Below the pieces are notes generated by a model. It had not been told where the DNA came from. It saw only the letters and a program-made list of their open reading frames with translations, and made no database searches. A program made the translations under genes and the position numbers. 64,000 nt of DNA from Candidatus Hodarchaeota archaeon (lineage in GTDB: Archaea; Asgardarchaeota; Lokiarchaeia; Sigyniarchaeales; SOKP01), in the NCBI GenBank assembly GCA_048886685.1, contig JBHLKM010000001.1, positions 160,001 to 224,000 of the forward strand, written 5' to 3'. The first letter of the stretch is position 1, and each line of letters starts with the position of its first letter. This document shows positions 1-11,238 of this stretch, piece after piece.

Positions 1-866
1 AAAAGCAAGAATTGATCCCCACCCTCGGAATCATGCGTACCTCTTAAATCTTGAATTACAACATGATAATCTTGAGTTAAGTAGAGTAACATTGCAATAT
101 CAACCACCCAACCGGATTTTCCATAAGGTGTTCTGTATAAAACAACAGGTCTTGGTGCTCCAAAAGAGCCAGGGGTCAAATATACGTCTGTCGCTAATTT
201 GACTCCATCTCTCGTCTCAACCATATATGTTTTCTTTTCGGGTAAAGCATAAGCGGCTGAAAGGGAAAGAATAGTTGTCGGTGTTGCGATTAATAGAAAC
301 AGGCCTAATATTTTAGCAACTTTTGGTATTTTGTTAGATCGTCTTTTGTCATATTTTTCAATTAATTTAGATAAAGAATGATCGCTAATTTTTAATCCAT
401 AATGTAAATACGCCAAGAGACTTATTCCTATTGCTGCAATCGAGTAATAGTTACGCTCTATGAAAAGAAACCAAATTATTCCTCCTATCGGAATAAGGAT
501 ATTGAAAATTCCAGCCACTAAATCAATATATTTGTATCTTATATTTTTACTAATGTGTTTAAGATAAGACAGGCTCATTAAAAGAGAATATATTGAGATA
601 AATAGAGTAATAGGAAGGTATATCATCCCGAATAGAATTAAAGATATCTGTTTTATACTAAAATATATTTTCTCATTTTTACTGAATAATTTTACTCCCT
701 TTTCTAATTCATTGTCATAATCTTTATAATACCTAAAGTAATATGTGATCACATATATTCCGCGGCAAATGATCAACAACGACAAATTTGTAAAAAAGAT
801 TTGTTCGAGGTTTAGGTACCCCAAATTATATAATTGATAAAAAAACATTATAGTCCAATCAATCAT
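1..866 (-). CDS. Membrane-anchored CocE/NonD family hydrolase (3' part runs off the window)
   Basis: Manual translation from ATG at 866: MIDWTIMFFYQ... with several hydrophobic segments, then TYMVETRDGVKLATDVYL...RPVVLYRTPYGK...VIQDLRGTHDSEG, typical CocE/NonD N-terminal motifs. Absent from the ORF track because it has no stop in the window. Confidence 0.8.
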   Translation of the reverse strand, partial: MIDWTIMFFYQLYNLGYLNLEQIFFTNLSLLIICRGIYVITYYFRYYKDYDNELEKGVKLFSKNEKIYFSIKQISLILFGMIYLPITLFISIYSLLMSLSYLKHISKNIRYKYIDLVAGIFNILIPIGGIIWFLFIERNYYSIAAIGISLLAYLHYGLKISDHSLSKLIEKYDKRRSNKIPKVAKILGLFLLIATPTTILSLSAAYALPEKKTYMVETRDGVKLATDVYLTPGSFGAPRPVVLYRTPYGKSGWVVDIAMLLYLTQDYHVVIQDLRGTHDSEGGDQFLL

Positions 867-944
867 ATCCTTATATGGAGATTAACTTATTAATAAAACT
901 ATCTCTAGATCTTTAAGAAGCAATTTATTATATTGCAGTTATAT

Positions 945-2384
945 ATGGGAAATACTAAAAACCAAACTGAGGAAAATGCATTTAGAAGATCGTATGGTAT
1001 CCATTTAACTTCACGTGATATTTTCTTAAATTATATATTTCCTGAAATAAAAGAGAAACTATGGAAATTTAGATGGATAGATTTATATGCAGGGGAAGGA
1101 AATTTAATTTTACCAGTATTGAACTCAATTCCTTCTGAAAAACGGGTAAAATTTTTTGAAAAACATATTTTTCTATTTGATATACACCCAGAAATGATAG
1201 ATAAATGTATAAAAAATGCGAAAAACTATGGAATCCCTCCAGATCTTGCATCTAACAACATTAAGCTTCGAAATAATTTAGAAAGTTTCCCTGTCTTTTT
1301 GAAAAATGAACAATTACCATTATATCACATTACAAATCCCCCATTTTTATATTTAGGATATATTAGAAAGCATAAAGAGACCGAGGAGTATTTAAAACTT
1401 TTTGAAGGAGAAAACAATGGATATCAGGATCTTTATCAAATCGCTATGATAAATGATTTAAGAAACTTTATTGAGAATTTAATATATATAATTCCTTCCA
1501 ATTTTCTATTTGGGGCTTCGGTTTCGAATAAATTTCGTTTAGATTTTTTGAAACACTATAAAATTAATAAGATATTTATCTTTGAAACTAAAATTTTTGA
1601 ATATACTGGAACAAATATCTGTATTGCATTTTTTAGTAAGAAATCAAACCCTAAATCTGAGATCTTAAAATTTAATGGTGTAAAGATTAAAAAGAAAGAT
1701 ATTCAAATGGAGAAGAGTTATTTTCTTAAACCAGAATTTAATTATCGTGCTGGTTCCGAATTTAATGAGTTTCTTGAAAAATATCAAGCTTCAAAACCAT
1801 TAACTATTAAGTTTTATCTATTAAAGAAAGATGTAGTGAATAATAAAGGAAGTAACAGATTAGAGGCGATTGATGCTAACAATTATCGTAATAATCAATA
1901 TGAGAAATTAGTGCTTCAAATAAATAGTAAATTAAAAAAAATAATCGAATCGAACATATTATATGTTCGAACAGTCGATACAGGCTCTTATAGTGGAAGG
2001 GTTGGGTTAGGAATAGTTTCAGAAGATTTTAATGTGAATGGAATTTATGTTTCTGGAAATACTTATAGAACTCATCCAATACAGATATTTTTTGAGCCTA
2101 TACTTACATCAAATAAACAAATTTTATTAAAGGATTATTTTAATTTCGTCTTAGAAACTTTTAGGGAGAAGTTAGACAGTGAATTTCTCACAACGTATAA
2201 ATATTCCAATGCTGAATATACTAGAAAATATTTAGGTTTAACTCAGACTAGAAAATTAATTCAAACCTTCCCGCATAAGGAAATGAGTCAAGAGATAAAG
2301 GAAAATTTAGTTTATTTAATTAGAGAGATGAATTTTGAAAAATTATTAGAAATATTAAAAACTTGCAAAAAGGAAAGCAATTAA
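945..2384 (+). CDS. N6-adenine DNA methyltransferase (orphan)
   Basis: Motif I DLYAGEG and motif IV NPPF. ATG at 945 preferred over the TTG at 933. Confidence 0.75.
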   Translation: MGNTKNQTEENAFRRSYGIHLTSRDIFLNYIFPEIKEKLWKFRWIDLYAGEGNLILPVLNSIPSEKRVKFFEKHIFLFDIHPEMIDKCIKNAKNYGIPPDLASNNIKLRNNLESFPVFLKNEQLPLYHITNPPFLYLGYIRKHKETEEYLKLFEGENNGYQDLYQIAMINDLRNFIENLIYIIPSNFLFGASVSNKFRLDFLKHYKINKIFIFETKIFEYTGTNICIAFFSKKSNPKSEILKFNGVKIKKKDIQMEKSYFLKPEFNYRAGSEFNEFLEKYQASKPLTIKFYLLKKDVVNNKGSNRLEAIDANNYRNNQYEKLVLQINSKLKKIIESNILYVRTVDTGSYSGRVGLGIVSEDFNVNGIYVSGNTYRTHPIQIFFEPILTSNKQILLKDYFNFVLETFREKLDSEFLTTYKYSNAEYTRKYLGLTQTRKLIQTFPHKEMSQEIKENLVYLIREMNFEKLLEILKTCKKESN

Positions 2385-3227
2385 TCCTAGATACGCACCC
2401 AATTTTAAGATTAAGCTAGCTTTTTTAAAGTCATTTCTTGTTAAATTTCGTTTCATCATTATGATTACAGCATATATAACAGCTCCTAAGCCAAAAAACA
2501 TGGAAATTAAGAAGAATAGATGATTTATTATATTGGTAAATAAAGGCAATATAAAAAATATTATAGCTAATATTGCAAATATCATGGAAATCTTAGCAGA
2601 CTTTTCAACTCCTATCCTTATAGCAAGAGTTTTGACACCTTCTTTTTTGTCACCTTCAATGTCTTCACATCCTTTAATAATTTCTCGAGATAGTAAAAGG
2701 AAAAATGATGTTAAAAAGAAGAAATAGATATAAAAAGGTATATTCGAATTATTTAAGACAGCCCCATAGACAAGTCCAATAGAAAAGGATACACTGACAA
2801 TAATGTTCCCCATAAATCCGCTCTTTTTACCCCAAGCTGCATATAACCATCCAGTAAATCCCATAAATACCGCTATGATTATATTTAGATACCCGATTTG
2901 GAAGAGAAAACTATGAAGAACCGCTATAGTTATACCAACGAGAGCTGAAATTAACCATATTATCTTCGCTTGGTTTAAAGTTATTGATCCTCTTGGAATT
3001 GGCCTTTCTGGGCGATTTATTTTATCAATTTCTATATCATAGTAATCATTTATAACGTTTCCTGAACCTGCTAGAAAAAAATATGTAAAAATTCCTAAAA
3101 TTATATTAAAAATAATGGTAGATACGTTGATTCCAATCCTAGTATTCAAAATTCCAATAATAACAGTTAAACTCCCCATAAGGCAGTTAAGAGGACGTAG
3201 AATTTCAATTGCGTCTTTAATTTTCAT
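2355..3227 (-). CDS. Digeranylgeranylglyceryl phosphate synthase (UbiA family)
   Basis: RPLN start, NDYYDIEIDKINRPERPIPRG and REIIKGCEDIEGD Asp-rich motifs, multi-TM, adjacent to GGGP synthase. Confidence 0.9.
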   Translation of the reverse strand: MKIKDAIEILRPLNCLMGSLTVIIGILNTRIGINVSTIIFNIILGIFTYFFLAGSGNVINDYYDIEIDKINRPERPIPRGSITLNQAKIIWLISALVGITIAVLHSFLFQIGYLNIIIAVFMGFTGWLYAAWGKKSGFMGNIIVSVSFSIGLVYGAVLNNSNIPFYIYFFFLTSFFLLLSREIIKGCEDIEGDKKEGVKTLAIRIGVEKSAKISMIFAILAIIFFILPLFTNIINHLFFLISMFFGLGAVIYAVIIMMKRNLTRNDFKKASLILKLGAYLGLIAFLFASF

Positions 3228-3253
3228 TTATTAATTTCTCCGAAATAAGAATT

Positions 3254-4072
3254 TCACATTAAAGCATATTTCTTCTTTTGTGTTTTTCCAGCAATTTTTA
3301 TTTCTTCTATTATTTCTTTTAATGACATTCCGTTATCTTTTAAAAGGTTATTCTCAAGAAAAGTTCCCATTACAACAATATCAGCTCCTGCTTCTACAAA
3401 ACATCTCGCATCATCTTTGTTACTAACTCCTCCACCTACAATTAAAGGAATATTTAGAATTTTTGAACACATTTCAATATGTTCTTTTGGCATTCTTTCA
3501 CTACCTGAACCAGCTTCTAAATAAATAATTTTAAATCCAAACATTTCTGCTGCTAAAGCATAAGCGGTAGTTAATTTGGGTTTATTTCTGGGTAATAATT
3601 TTGCATTACCAATCCATCCTGCACTTGCACCTGGTTCTATGATTAAATATGCCATCGATATGGCTTCTAAATTAGCAGATTTTATTGTATATGAAGCTAA
3701 GGCTTGTTGACCTACAATAAAATAAGGATCTAACGAATTTAATAAAGACATGAAGAAAATAGCATCCGCATGTTGCGAAATATTACTTACTCCTCCTGGA
3801 AAAATGATTATAGGGATATTTACTTTCTCTTTTATTGCTAATATTGTCTTATCCACGAAGGTCTGGTCAACAATGGTACTTCCACCAATTAAAATAGCAT
3901 CAGTACCAGCTTCTTCAGCATATTTAGCCATTTTTGCTGCTTTATTTGGATCTTGTCTTAAAGGGTCTGGATCAATTAGTGAGAAATGTAAAGCGCCTTC
4001 CTCATTAACTTTCTTAATGATATATTCATAAGTGCTCTTCTCAATATATTCATCAATTAAAATATCAACCAT
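3254..4072 (-). CDS. Geranylgeranylglyceryl phosphate synthase
   Basis: LIDPD, IGGST, FPG, YLEAGSG and VGGG motifs. ATG at 4072 avoids overlap with the upstream gene. Confidence 0.92.
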   Translation of the reverse strand: MVDILIDEYIEKSTYEYIIKKVNEEGALHFSLIDPDPLRQDPNKAAKMAKYAEEAGTDAILIGGSTIVDQTFVDKTILAIKEKVNIPIIIFPGGVSNISQHADAIFFMSLLNSLDPYFIVGQQALASYTIKSANLEAISMAYLIIEPGASAGWIGNAKLLPRNKPKLTTAYALAAEMFGFKIIYLEAGSGSERMPKEHIEMCSKILNIPLIVGGGVSNKDDARCFVEAGADIVVMGTFLENNLLKDNGMSLKEIIEEIKIAGKTQKKKYALM

Positions 4073-4085
4073 ATATAACACATCT

Positions 4086-5486
4086 TTATATTTGTTTACC
4101 TTTTTTAGTTTTAACAATCATTCTTTCTATTTTATTATAAATTCCAATAACTTTTTCCTTCCATTCTGGAAAATTAGCTATTTTTTCCGGAAAAGTTTTA
4201 TAAAGTTTAGATATTTCGTTCATTCTTATCCTAAGATAATTTAAATCTAATAATAAATTTGGACGAGAAATTCCTCTAATTACTTTTACTGCCATGTTAA
4301 TTAAGGATAGGTTTAATCCGCCTTTAGAGGATATTTCTAAAATTTCTTCTCCACTAAGTAAATCACGCTCTAAACCAAAATTTAGGTCATTATTAGTGAG
4401 CTGTTGAAGAACTATTCTCAGTAAATCTAAAGCAGCAAATTCAGCACCAAAACTAGTCATAACGGAATGATTATAATCCCATAACATATCTATTGAATAA
4501 TCTTCTTTTTCAATAGCTTTAATAGCTGAATTAGCGGCATAGAATCCTGCTCTCATTGATGGATCAATTCCACCCCCATGAAGAGGATTCACTTGGCAAG
4601 CCGAATCCCCAACAAACATAATACCATTGTCGGCACAAGACCATAATGGTCTTCTTACTGGAACTACGCCACCTCCAGAAGAAATAATTTCATATTTAGA
4701 TGCTTTAATATACTCCTGAAACACATTTCTTTGGTAAAAATCCTTCACTTTTCCTTTATAATCCATAAAAGTTCCTAATCCAATATTAACCGAAGATTCA
4801 TTTTTTGGAAAATACCATATGTATCCTCCTGGAGCCTTTTCTTGATCAAGAATAATCGATATATATTCAGGATCTTGGACTTCTTGATCTTCTGGTGAAA
4901 ATTTAACTATTTCCCGATAACATAAAATACTATCTTCTTTTGAAATTTTTTTTTCAATTAGAGAACTCTTTATATTTTTTCTTATAGGAGAATAAAAGCC
5001 ACTAGCATCAATTATCAGTTTTGCTTTTAATTCACTTTTTTCTCCACTTTTTAATTTAACTTTTAAACCCTTAACAGTTCCATTATCATATATTAAATCT
5101 AAAGCCATAGTTTTATCTAAAAACTGTTTTATTCCTCCGTCAATAGCCTCGTTCAACAATCTTTGACCAAATTCCAATCTGTTTACAATATATCCTGCTT
5201 GTTTAGGGTCTAACAAAGTAAGGCATTTCTTTAGATTTGGAGAATAAAGTTTTGCCCCCTTAATATGACAAGATAATTCTTCATCTTTAGGATGATTTAT
5301 ATTTAAAAGCTTGAAAATTTCGTTTCCTACAGCATCACCACATATTTTATCTCCAATTTTATCCCTTGGTTTTCTATCAATCAAACATACATCTAAACCA
5401 TTTTTAGCAACAAACCTTGCAGCAGTGGTACCTCCTGTACCAGCTCCAATTACAATAACGTCAAACGATTTTTGTATGTTTTCCAT
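4086..5486 (-). CDS. Geranylgeranyl reductase (DGGGPL reductase family)
   Basis: GAGTGG FAD motif, ICGDA, PGGYIWYFP, VGDSACQVNPLHGGGI. Start at ATG 5486 (MENIQ). Confidence 0.9.
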   Translation of the reverse strand: MENIQKSFDVIVIGAGTGGTTAARFVAKNGLDVCLIDRKPRDKIGDKICGDAVGNEIFKLLNINHPKDEELSCHIKGAKLYSPNLKKCLTLLDPKQAGYIVNRLEFGQRLLNEAIDGGIKQFLDKTMALDLIYDNGTVKGLKVKLKSGEKSELKAKLIIDASGFYSPIRKNIKSSLIEKKISKEDSILCYREIVKFSPEDQEVQDPEYISIILDQEKAPGGYIWYFPKNESSVNIGLGTFMDYKGKVKDFYQRNVFQEYIKASKYEIISSGGGVVPVRRPLWSCADNGIMFVGDSACQVNPLHGGGIDPSMRAGFYAANSAIKAIEKEDYSIDMLWDYNHSVMTSFGAEFAALDLLRIVLQQLTNNDLNFGLERDLLSGEEILEISSKGGLNLSLINMAVKVIRGISRPNLLLDLNYLRIRMNEISKLYKTFPEKIANFPEWKEKVIGIYNKIERMIVKTKKGKQI

Positions 5487-5554
5487 GACAAGAGATCTTT
5501 TTTCTTCACATATTTTTATGAATATTATAAGCAAATTATAAATTTTCAAACAAA

Positions 5555-6316
5555 TTATAATAAAGTTAATAGATATATAATTAAGGTACTTCCTAAAGGA
5601 ACTGTTAAATCATCATAAGTGCTGGGAGAAATTAATTCGATTATTGTAGCAATTGCACCAGTGATTAGAGAATAAATTATGATAGTAGCAAAAGATAATG
5701 GTTCTTGCAAAGTTGGAATGAGTAATCCGTATAAGTAAAAAGCTATAAAACAAACCAAAAAAGCTGTTAAAAAGAATGTTGCAGATCCTTCAAGTGTTCT
5801 GTGTGAATTTGTCCACGGTAAACTTATTCCCATCTTACCCCATCGTTTTCCTATGACTGAAGCTAGTGTATCAGCAACTATCATTATCAATACTCCAGCG
5901 ATAGGAAAATAAAAGTTATCAGGTGCAACAATCCCAAAAATAAATACTAGAAAGGTAATTGAAAGACAGTAGAAAAAAGGCCCTTGAAGAAAAGCTCTAT
6001 TTAAACCTTCTTCTTGTTCTTCAGATATGGCATCATATAAATCTTTTAATTGTTTTATTTTAGATTCTTTTGAACTAAAATACACGAATATTGTTAAAGT
6101 TCCTGCTATAATGGATGGCCAAAATGGCCAAAAGTAAAACGGTGAACTTAAAATTGCTAATCCTGCGAACATGTGAACTGCTTTACGTGCAGAGAATTTG
6201 GAAATTTTTTCTTTTTTATATAGAGTTAATGGTATAAAGATTGTAAGAAGAATGTAAATATAAGCAATTAATACAACAAGTAAGTCCCATAAGAAATTAT
6301 AAGGCATAATGAACAT
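5555..6316 (-). CDS. CTP-dependent polyprenol/diacylglycerol kinase family membrane protein (phytol/dolichol kinase-like)
   Basis: RKAVHMFAG, DTLASVIGKRWG, RTLEGS and DDLTVP motifs, multi-TM. Confidence 0.8.
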   Translation of the reverse strand: MFIMPYNFLWDLLVVLIAYIYILLTIFIPLTLYKKEKISKFSARKAVHMFAGLAILSSPFYFWPFWPSIIAGTLTIFVYFSSKESKIKQLKDLYDAISEEQEEGLNRAFLQGPFFYCLSITFLVFIFGIVAPDNFYFPIAGVLIMIVADTLASVIGKRWGKMGISLPWTNSHRTLEGSATFFLTAFLVCFIAFYLYGLLIPTLQEPLSFATIIIYSLITGAIATIIELISPSTYDDLTVPLGSTLIIYLLTLL

Positions 6317-6450
6317 TTTAATCTATTAATAAACCAAAAAAGAATTCTTACCAATAAAATCTTACTACCAAATGAGAGTTTACGAATTCTCCGAATCTTA
6401 TTCGTATAAGAAAAGCAAAATATTCTAAGATAAAATTACAATGAAAATTA

Positions 6451-7644
6451 TTATAGATCGATTGGTGGTAAGGGGGGCACTATATCATATTTCCACTCAT
6501 CTACAATAGGATAAGTCCACCAATGTTTGGGAATTTCTGCATATACTCCATATTTCTTCAAACCTTCACTGAAGGCATTTATATTTGCTTCAGGAGCTTG
6601 AATATGATCTACTTGAGGGTAGAAATATGCACCAAATCCCCCTTTTCGAGTTCCCAGATTGCGAACCATATGCCACACTTCTCGTTCGCATTCTTCTGGT
6701 GTACCTAATGTATAAATCGATTGAATATTGATACATCCCCACATCATTATCTTTCCACGAAATTGACTCAATTCAGGGTATCCTGTCATCCGAGGACTGT
6801 CCAGTTCTAAAGCATCTAATCCCCAATCAATTAATAAAGAGATTATTGGATCTATTTTCCCACAACAATGAATATGAAAATCACATTCTAAATCGTGTGC
6901 TGTAGCAATGAGTCGTTTATAAACAGGTTTATAAAATTCTTCGAATAACTTCGGGCTAAAAAATGGTCCCTTTTGTTCTCCTAAATCGTCGTATAATACA
7001 AAACCATGAGGTTTTGCACCATATTTTACCCACATTTTTTCTTGATCCACGTAAATATCCGTTACATATTTTAGAAGTTTCTTGAGTTCAGTTTTATTCT
7101 TAAAATGATCCAGAAGAAATTTGGAAAATCCTACCATCTGACTGGCAATTTGAAATGGTCCAAGGCCCAAATTACACATACGATATTTATTTTTTGCTTG
7201 TTCCTTGCTTCTCTGAACCATGAAGGAATATCGATCTTCTTCATCAAAATTTGGTGTATTTTTCTCAAAATATTCATCCAATTTATTATAATCTGTCAGT
7301 GAAGGTCTTCCAGGATGTCCCATAGTATTAACGCCGCCCATTATCCATATTGTCCCAAACTCATCAATTTCTTCCCTTGGTAAACTAAACCAATCCTTAT
7401 ATTTTGGATCTTTTGCCCATTCTGGAGTATCCCATTTCCACAATCCGTATCTTATTAGGTATTCAGGGATGTGAGGAAACAAATCTTTTTCATTTTCACT
7501 ATGTCCAGGTCGCCAATTTTTGGAAGGCAAAGAAATAAGTGTATAAACATCACTTCCTTTAGTGAATTTCCAAACAGGAACTTTATCTGGACCTTTGAAA
7601 TTGAGAGCTGCTTTTATACGTTCTATCGAGTTTAAAGCTTCCAC
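6451..7644 (-). CDS. Uroporphyrinogen decarboxylase / MtaA-CmuA family protein
   Basis: IDEFGTIW, YDDLG..GPFFSP, HIHCCG, GCINIQ...GTPEEC motifs. Confidence 0.8.
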   Translation of the reverse strand: MEALNSIERIKAALNFKGPDKVPVWKFTKGSDVYTLISLPSKNWRPGHSENEKDLFPHIPEYLIRYGLWKWDTPEWAKDPKYKDWFSLPREEIDEFGTIWIMGGVNTMGHPGRPSLTDYNKLDEYFEKNTPNFDEEDRYSFMVQRSKEQAKNKYRMCNLGLGPFQIASQMVGFSKFLLDHFKNKTELKKLLKYVTDIYVDQEKMWVKYGAKPHGFVLYDDLGEQKGPFFSPKLFEEFYKPVYKRLIATAHDLECDFHIHCCGKIDPIISLLIDWGLDALELDSPRMTGYPELSQFRGKIMMWGCINIQSIYTLGTPEECEREVWHMVRNLGTRKGGFGAYFYPQVDHIQAPEANINAFSEGLKKYGVYAEIPKHWWTYPIVDEWKYDIVPPLPPIDL

Positions 7645-7792
7645 CTTTAAAAAAAGATTTATATTTGACTGTATTAAATCAAAATTTCATTAAAACTTTT
7701 ATTAAGAGTAAAAGAATGACAAAAAAGTTATTTATTCCAGTGCGATTCATAAAGCTTTAAGATGGAAAAACACTCTATCACAAAATATTTAA

Positions 7793-9181
<1,389 letters not shown>

Positions 9182-9429
9182 GGATTAATGTCTCCTAATT
9201 ATTTATTACTCTTCATTTTTTACTGGATATGGTGTTTTTGAAGGCAAATCAATGTAATTTCCATTAGATCTAAAATCATTTTAACCTTTTCCCGAAAAGA
9301 TTTATCAAGAAACCAAGGATCTGGGTTTTCCAGAGAGATTTTTTAACTATTATAAACTATACAGTAAATAAATTATAGAAAAATAAAAAAAAAGAAAATT
9401 AATGGATGATTTTTCCAAAAAGAAAACAA

Positions 9430-9867
9430 CTATTCAAGAAATTCTTCTCCTAACTCCATAGCTAAGCTTAGAACCTCTCCATACGCAATTGCGTCCTGAA
9501 GATTTCCTTCAATAACAAGATCACCAGACATATATGCACTAGTTGAATCAATTTCACCTGAAGCTAATCCAGCCCAAGTAGCCTGGGTTGCCTTCATAGT
9601 AACACTTGCCTCATCACTTACGCCTTCTGCATAATCTACTACACCTTCACCAAAGCTTACCCAATATTTATAATCTATATCAGTTACTTCCATTTGGGCA
9701 ATTAATTTATCCATGTCTTCTAGTTCTTCTTTTAATTCTTCATTTTCTTGTCCAAGTTGCTTTATAAATTCATACATTTTAAGAGCATCAGAAGGTTCGC
9801 CTGGACCTTTTTCTCTCATATCTTTTAAATCTTTTATTAAACTTTCGTCAACCATTTTGTTTACCAA
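9430..9867 (-). CDS. SCP2 sterol/lipid-binding domain protein
   Basis: GEIDSTSAYMSGDLVIEGN SCP2 signature. Confidence 0.8.
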   Translation of the reverse strand: MVNKMVDESLIKDLKDMREKGPGEPSDALKMYEFIKQLGQENEELKEELEDMDKLIAQMEVTDIDYKYWVSFGEGVVDYAEGVSDEASVTMKATQATWAGLASGEIDSTSAYMSGDLVIEGNLQDAIAYGEVLSLAMELGEEFLE

Positions 9868-9997
9868 CCTTATTTTTTTTTTTTGAAAAAAAAGTTTGTT
9901 ATAGCATGCAATGTCAATTTATTTTAAAGTTTTATTTTAAAATTTTTATGGGAGGATAATGGGTAATTGTAGTAAGAGAGTAATCCAACAAGTTAAT

Positions 9998-11206
9998 TCA
10001 TCTTAGACAGCAATCTTTATACTTTTTTCCACTTCCACATGGACATGGTGAATTACGACCAATTTTTTTCGCTTTAATTTGATTAGATGAATTAATTTGA
10101 CTATTAGACTTTATCTTATTAGCTATAATTTTAAAACGAGGTAAAGTATTAGTATAAAACTTCTTCCACCCTCTACATAAAATACTTAATGCTTTCGGAA
10201 AATTTTTTCCATTGCTTCGAAATTTCTGACAATCTCCATGGCAAATATTAAGGAATGGACAACTGTTACATGTATTATTCCATTTTGCTTTTTGGGAACC
10301 AAAACTATGATATTTTGTTGAATTAATAAAATCATCCCATTTATTTGTTTTTACATTACCTAACAGTAGATCTTTACGTACAAAAAAATCACACGGGTAA
10401 ACGCTACCATCATATTCCACTACGAAATATTGACAACAATTATTTCCCATATAGCAAACACTATAATTTCCATGTACTAAATAATTTAAGATTGAATCAA
10501 ATAGGCGAATAGAGACTTTATTTATATCACTTTTTATCCACTGTTCAAATATTTCGCACAGAAAATCCCCCCATTCTTCGCCCGTAATTGAATAGGGTTC
10601 GAGATTACCATTTTGGTCAAATTCAACACAAGGTATATATTGATGGTAAAAAAATTCATTTCCTTTCAAATATTGATAAATCTCGGAAGCTTCCTTAACA
10701 GTTTTATTATTCACTAAAGTAAGTATGTTGAATTCAACTTTAAATTTTCTTAAACGTTCTATTCCTTGCATAACTAAGGAATGTGTAGGGGTATGACCAA
10801 TCGTCTTCCTATAGAAATCGTGGAGGCGAGGAGGACCATCAAGACTCACACCGAGAAGAAACCTATATTCAGCAAAAAATTTCGCCATTTCATCCGTAAT
10901 TAGAGTTCCATTTGTCTGGAGTCCATTGCTTATAACTGCTCCTGGGGGCGCATATTTAGTTTGAAGTTCTACGGCTTTTTCCCAAAATTTTAGTCCCAAT
11001 AGTGTGGGTTCACCTCCCTGCCAACCAAAAGCATATTGTTTGTTTTGATCGGTCTTCATATAACTTGCAATCATAGTTTCTAATGTACTTTCTGACATTC
11101 TAGGATTTTTTTCTACATTGTCTAGATGATCAATATAAAAACAATACTCACATCGCAGATTACAGTCTGCGGAGACAGGTTTTATCAATAAAGAAAAATT
11201 TTTCAT
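9998..11206 (-). CDS. Anaerobic sulfatase maturase (radical SAM/SPASM) with C-terminal SEC-C motif
   Basis: CNLRCEYC, WQGGEPTL, YPCDF, CxxC..C.GDC, GRNSPCPCGSGKKYKDCC. Confidence 0.93.
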   Translation of the reverse strand: MKNFSLLIKPVSADCNLRCEYCFYIDHLDNVEKNPRMSESTLETMIASYMKTDQNKQYAFGWQGGEPTLLGLKFWEKAVELQTKYAPPGAVISNGLQTNGTLITDEMAKFFAEYRFLLGVSLDGPPRLHDFYRKTIGHTPTHSLVMQGIERLRKFKVEFNILTLVNNKTVKEASEIYQYLKGNEFFYHQYIPCVEFDQNGNLEPYSITGEEWGDFLCEIFEQWIKSDINKVSIRLFDSILNYLVHGNYSVCYMGNNCCQYFVVEYDGSVYPCDFFVRKDLLLGNVKTNKWDDFINSTKYHSFGSQKAKWNNTCNSCPFLNICHGDCQKFRSNGKNFPKALSILCRGWKKFYTNTLPRFKIIANKIKSNSQINSSNQIKAKKIGRNSPCPCGSGKKYKDCCLR

Positions 11207-11238
11207 TTTTATTTTGTTCTAAACACTTCATTTTAAAT

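Noticed and set aside
9200-9345. Possible gene remnant or repeat between GH1 and SCP2
   Set aside because: Short open stretches without a credible start or motif, and no clear second copy in the window.
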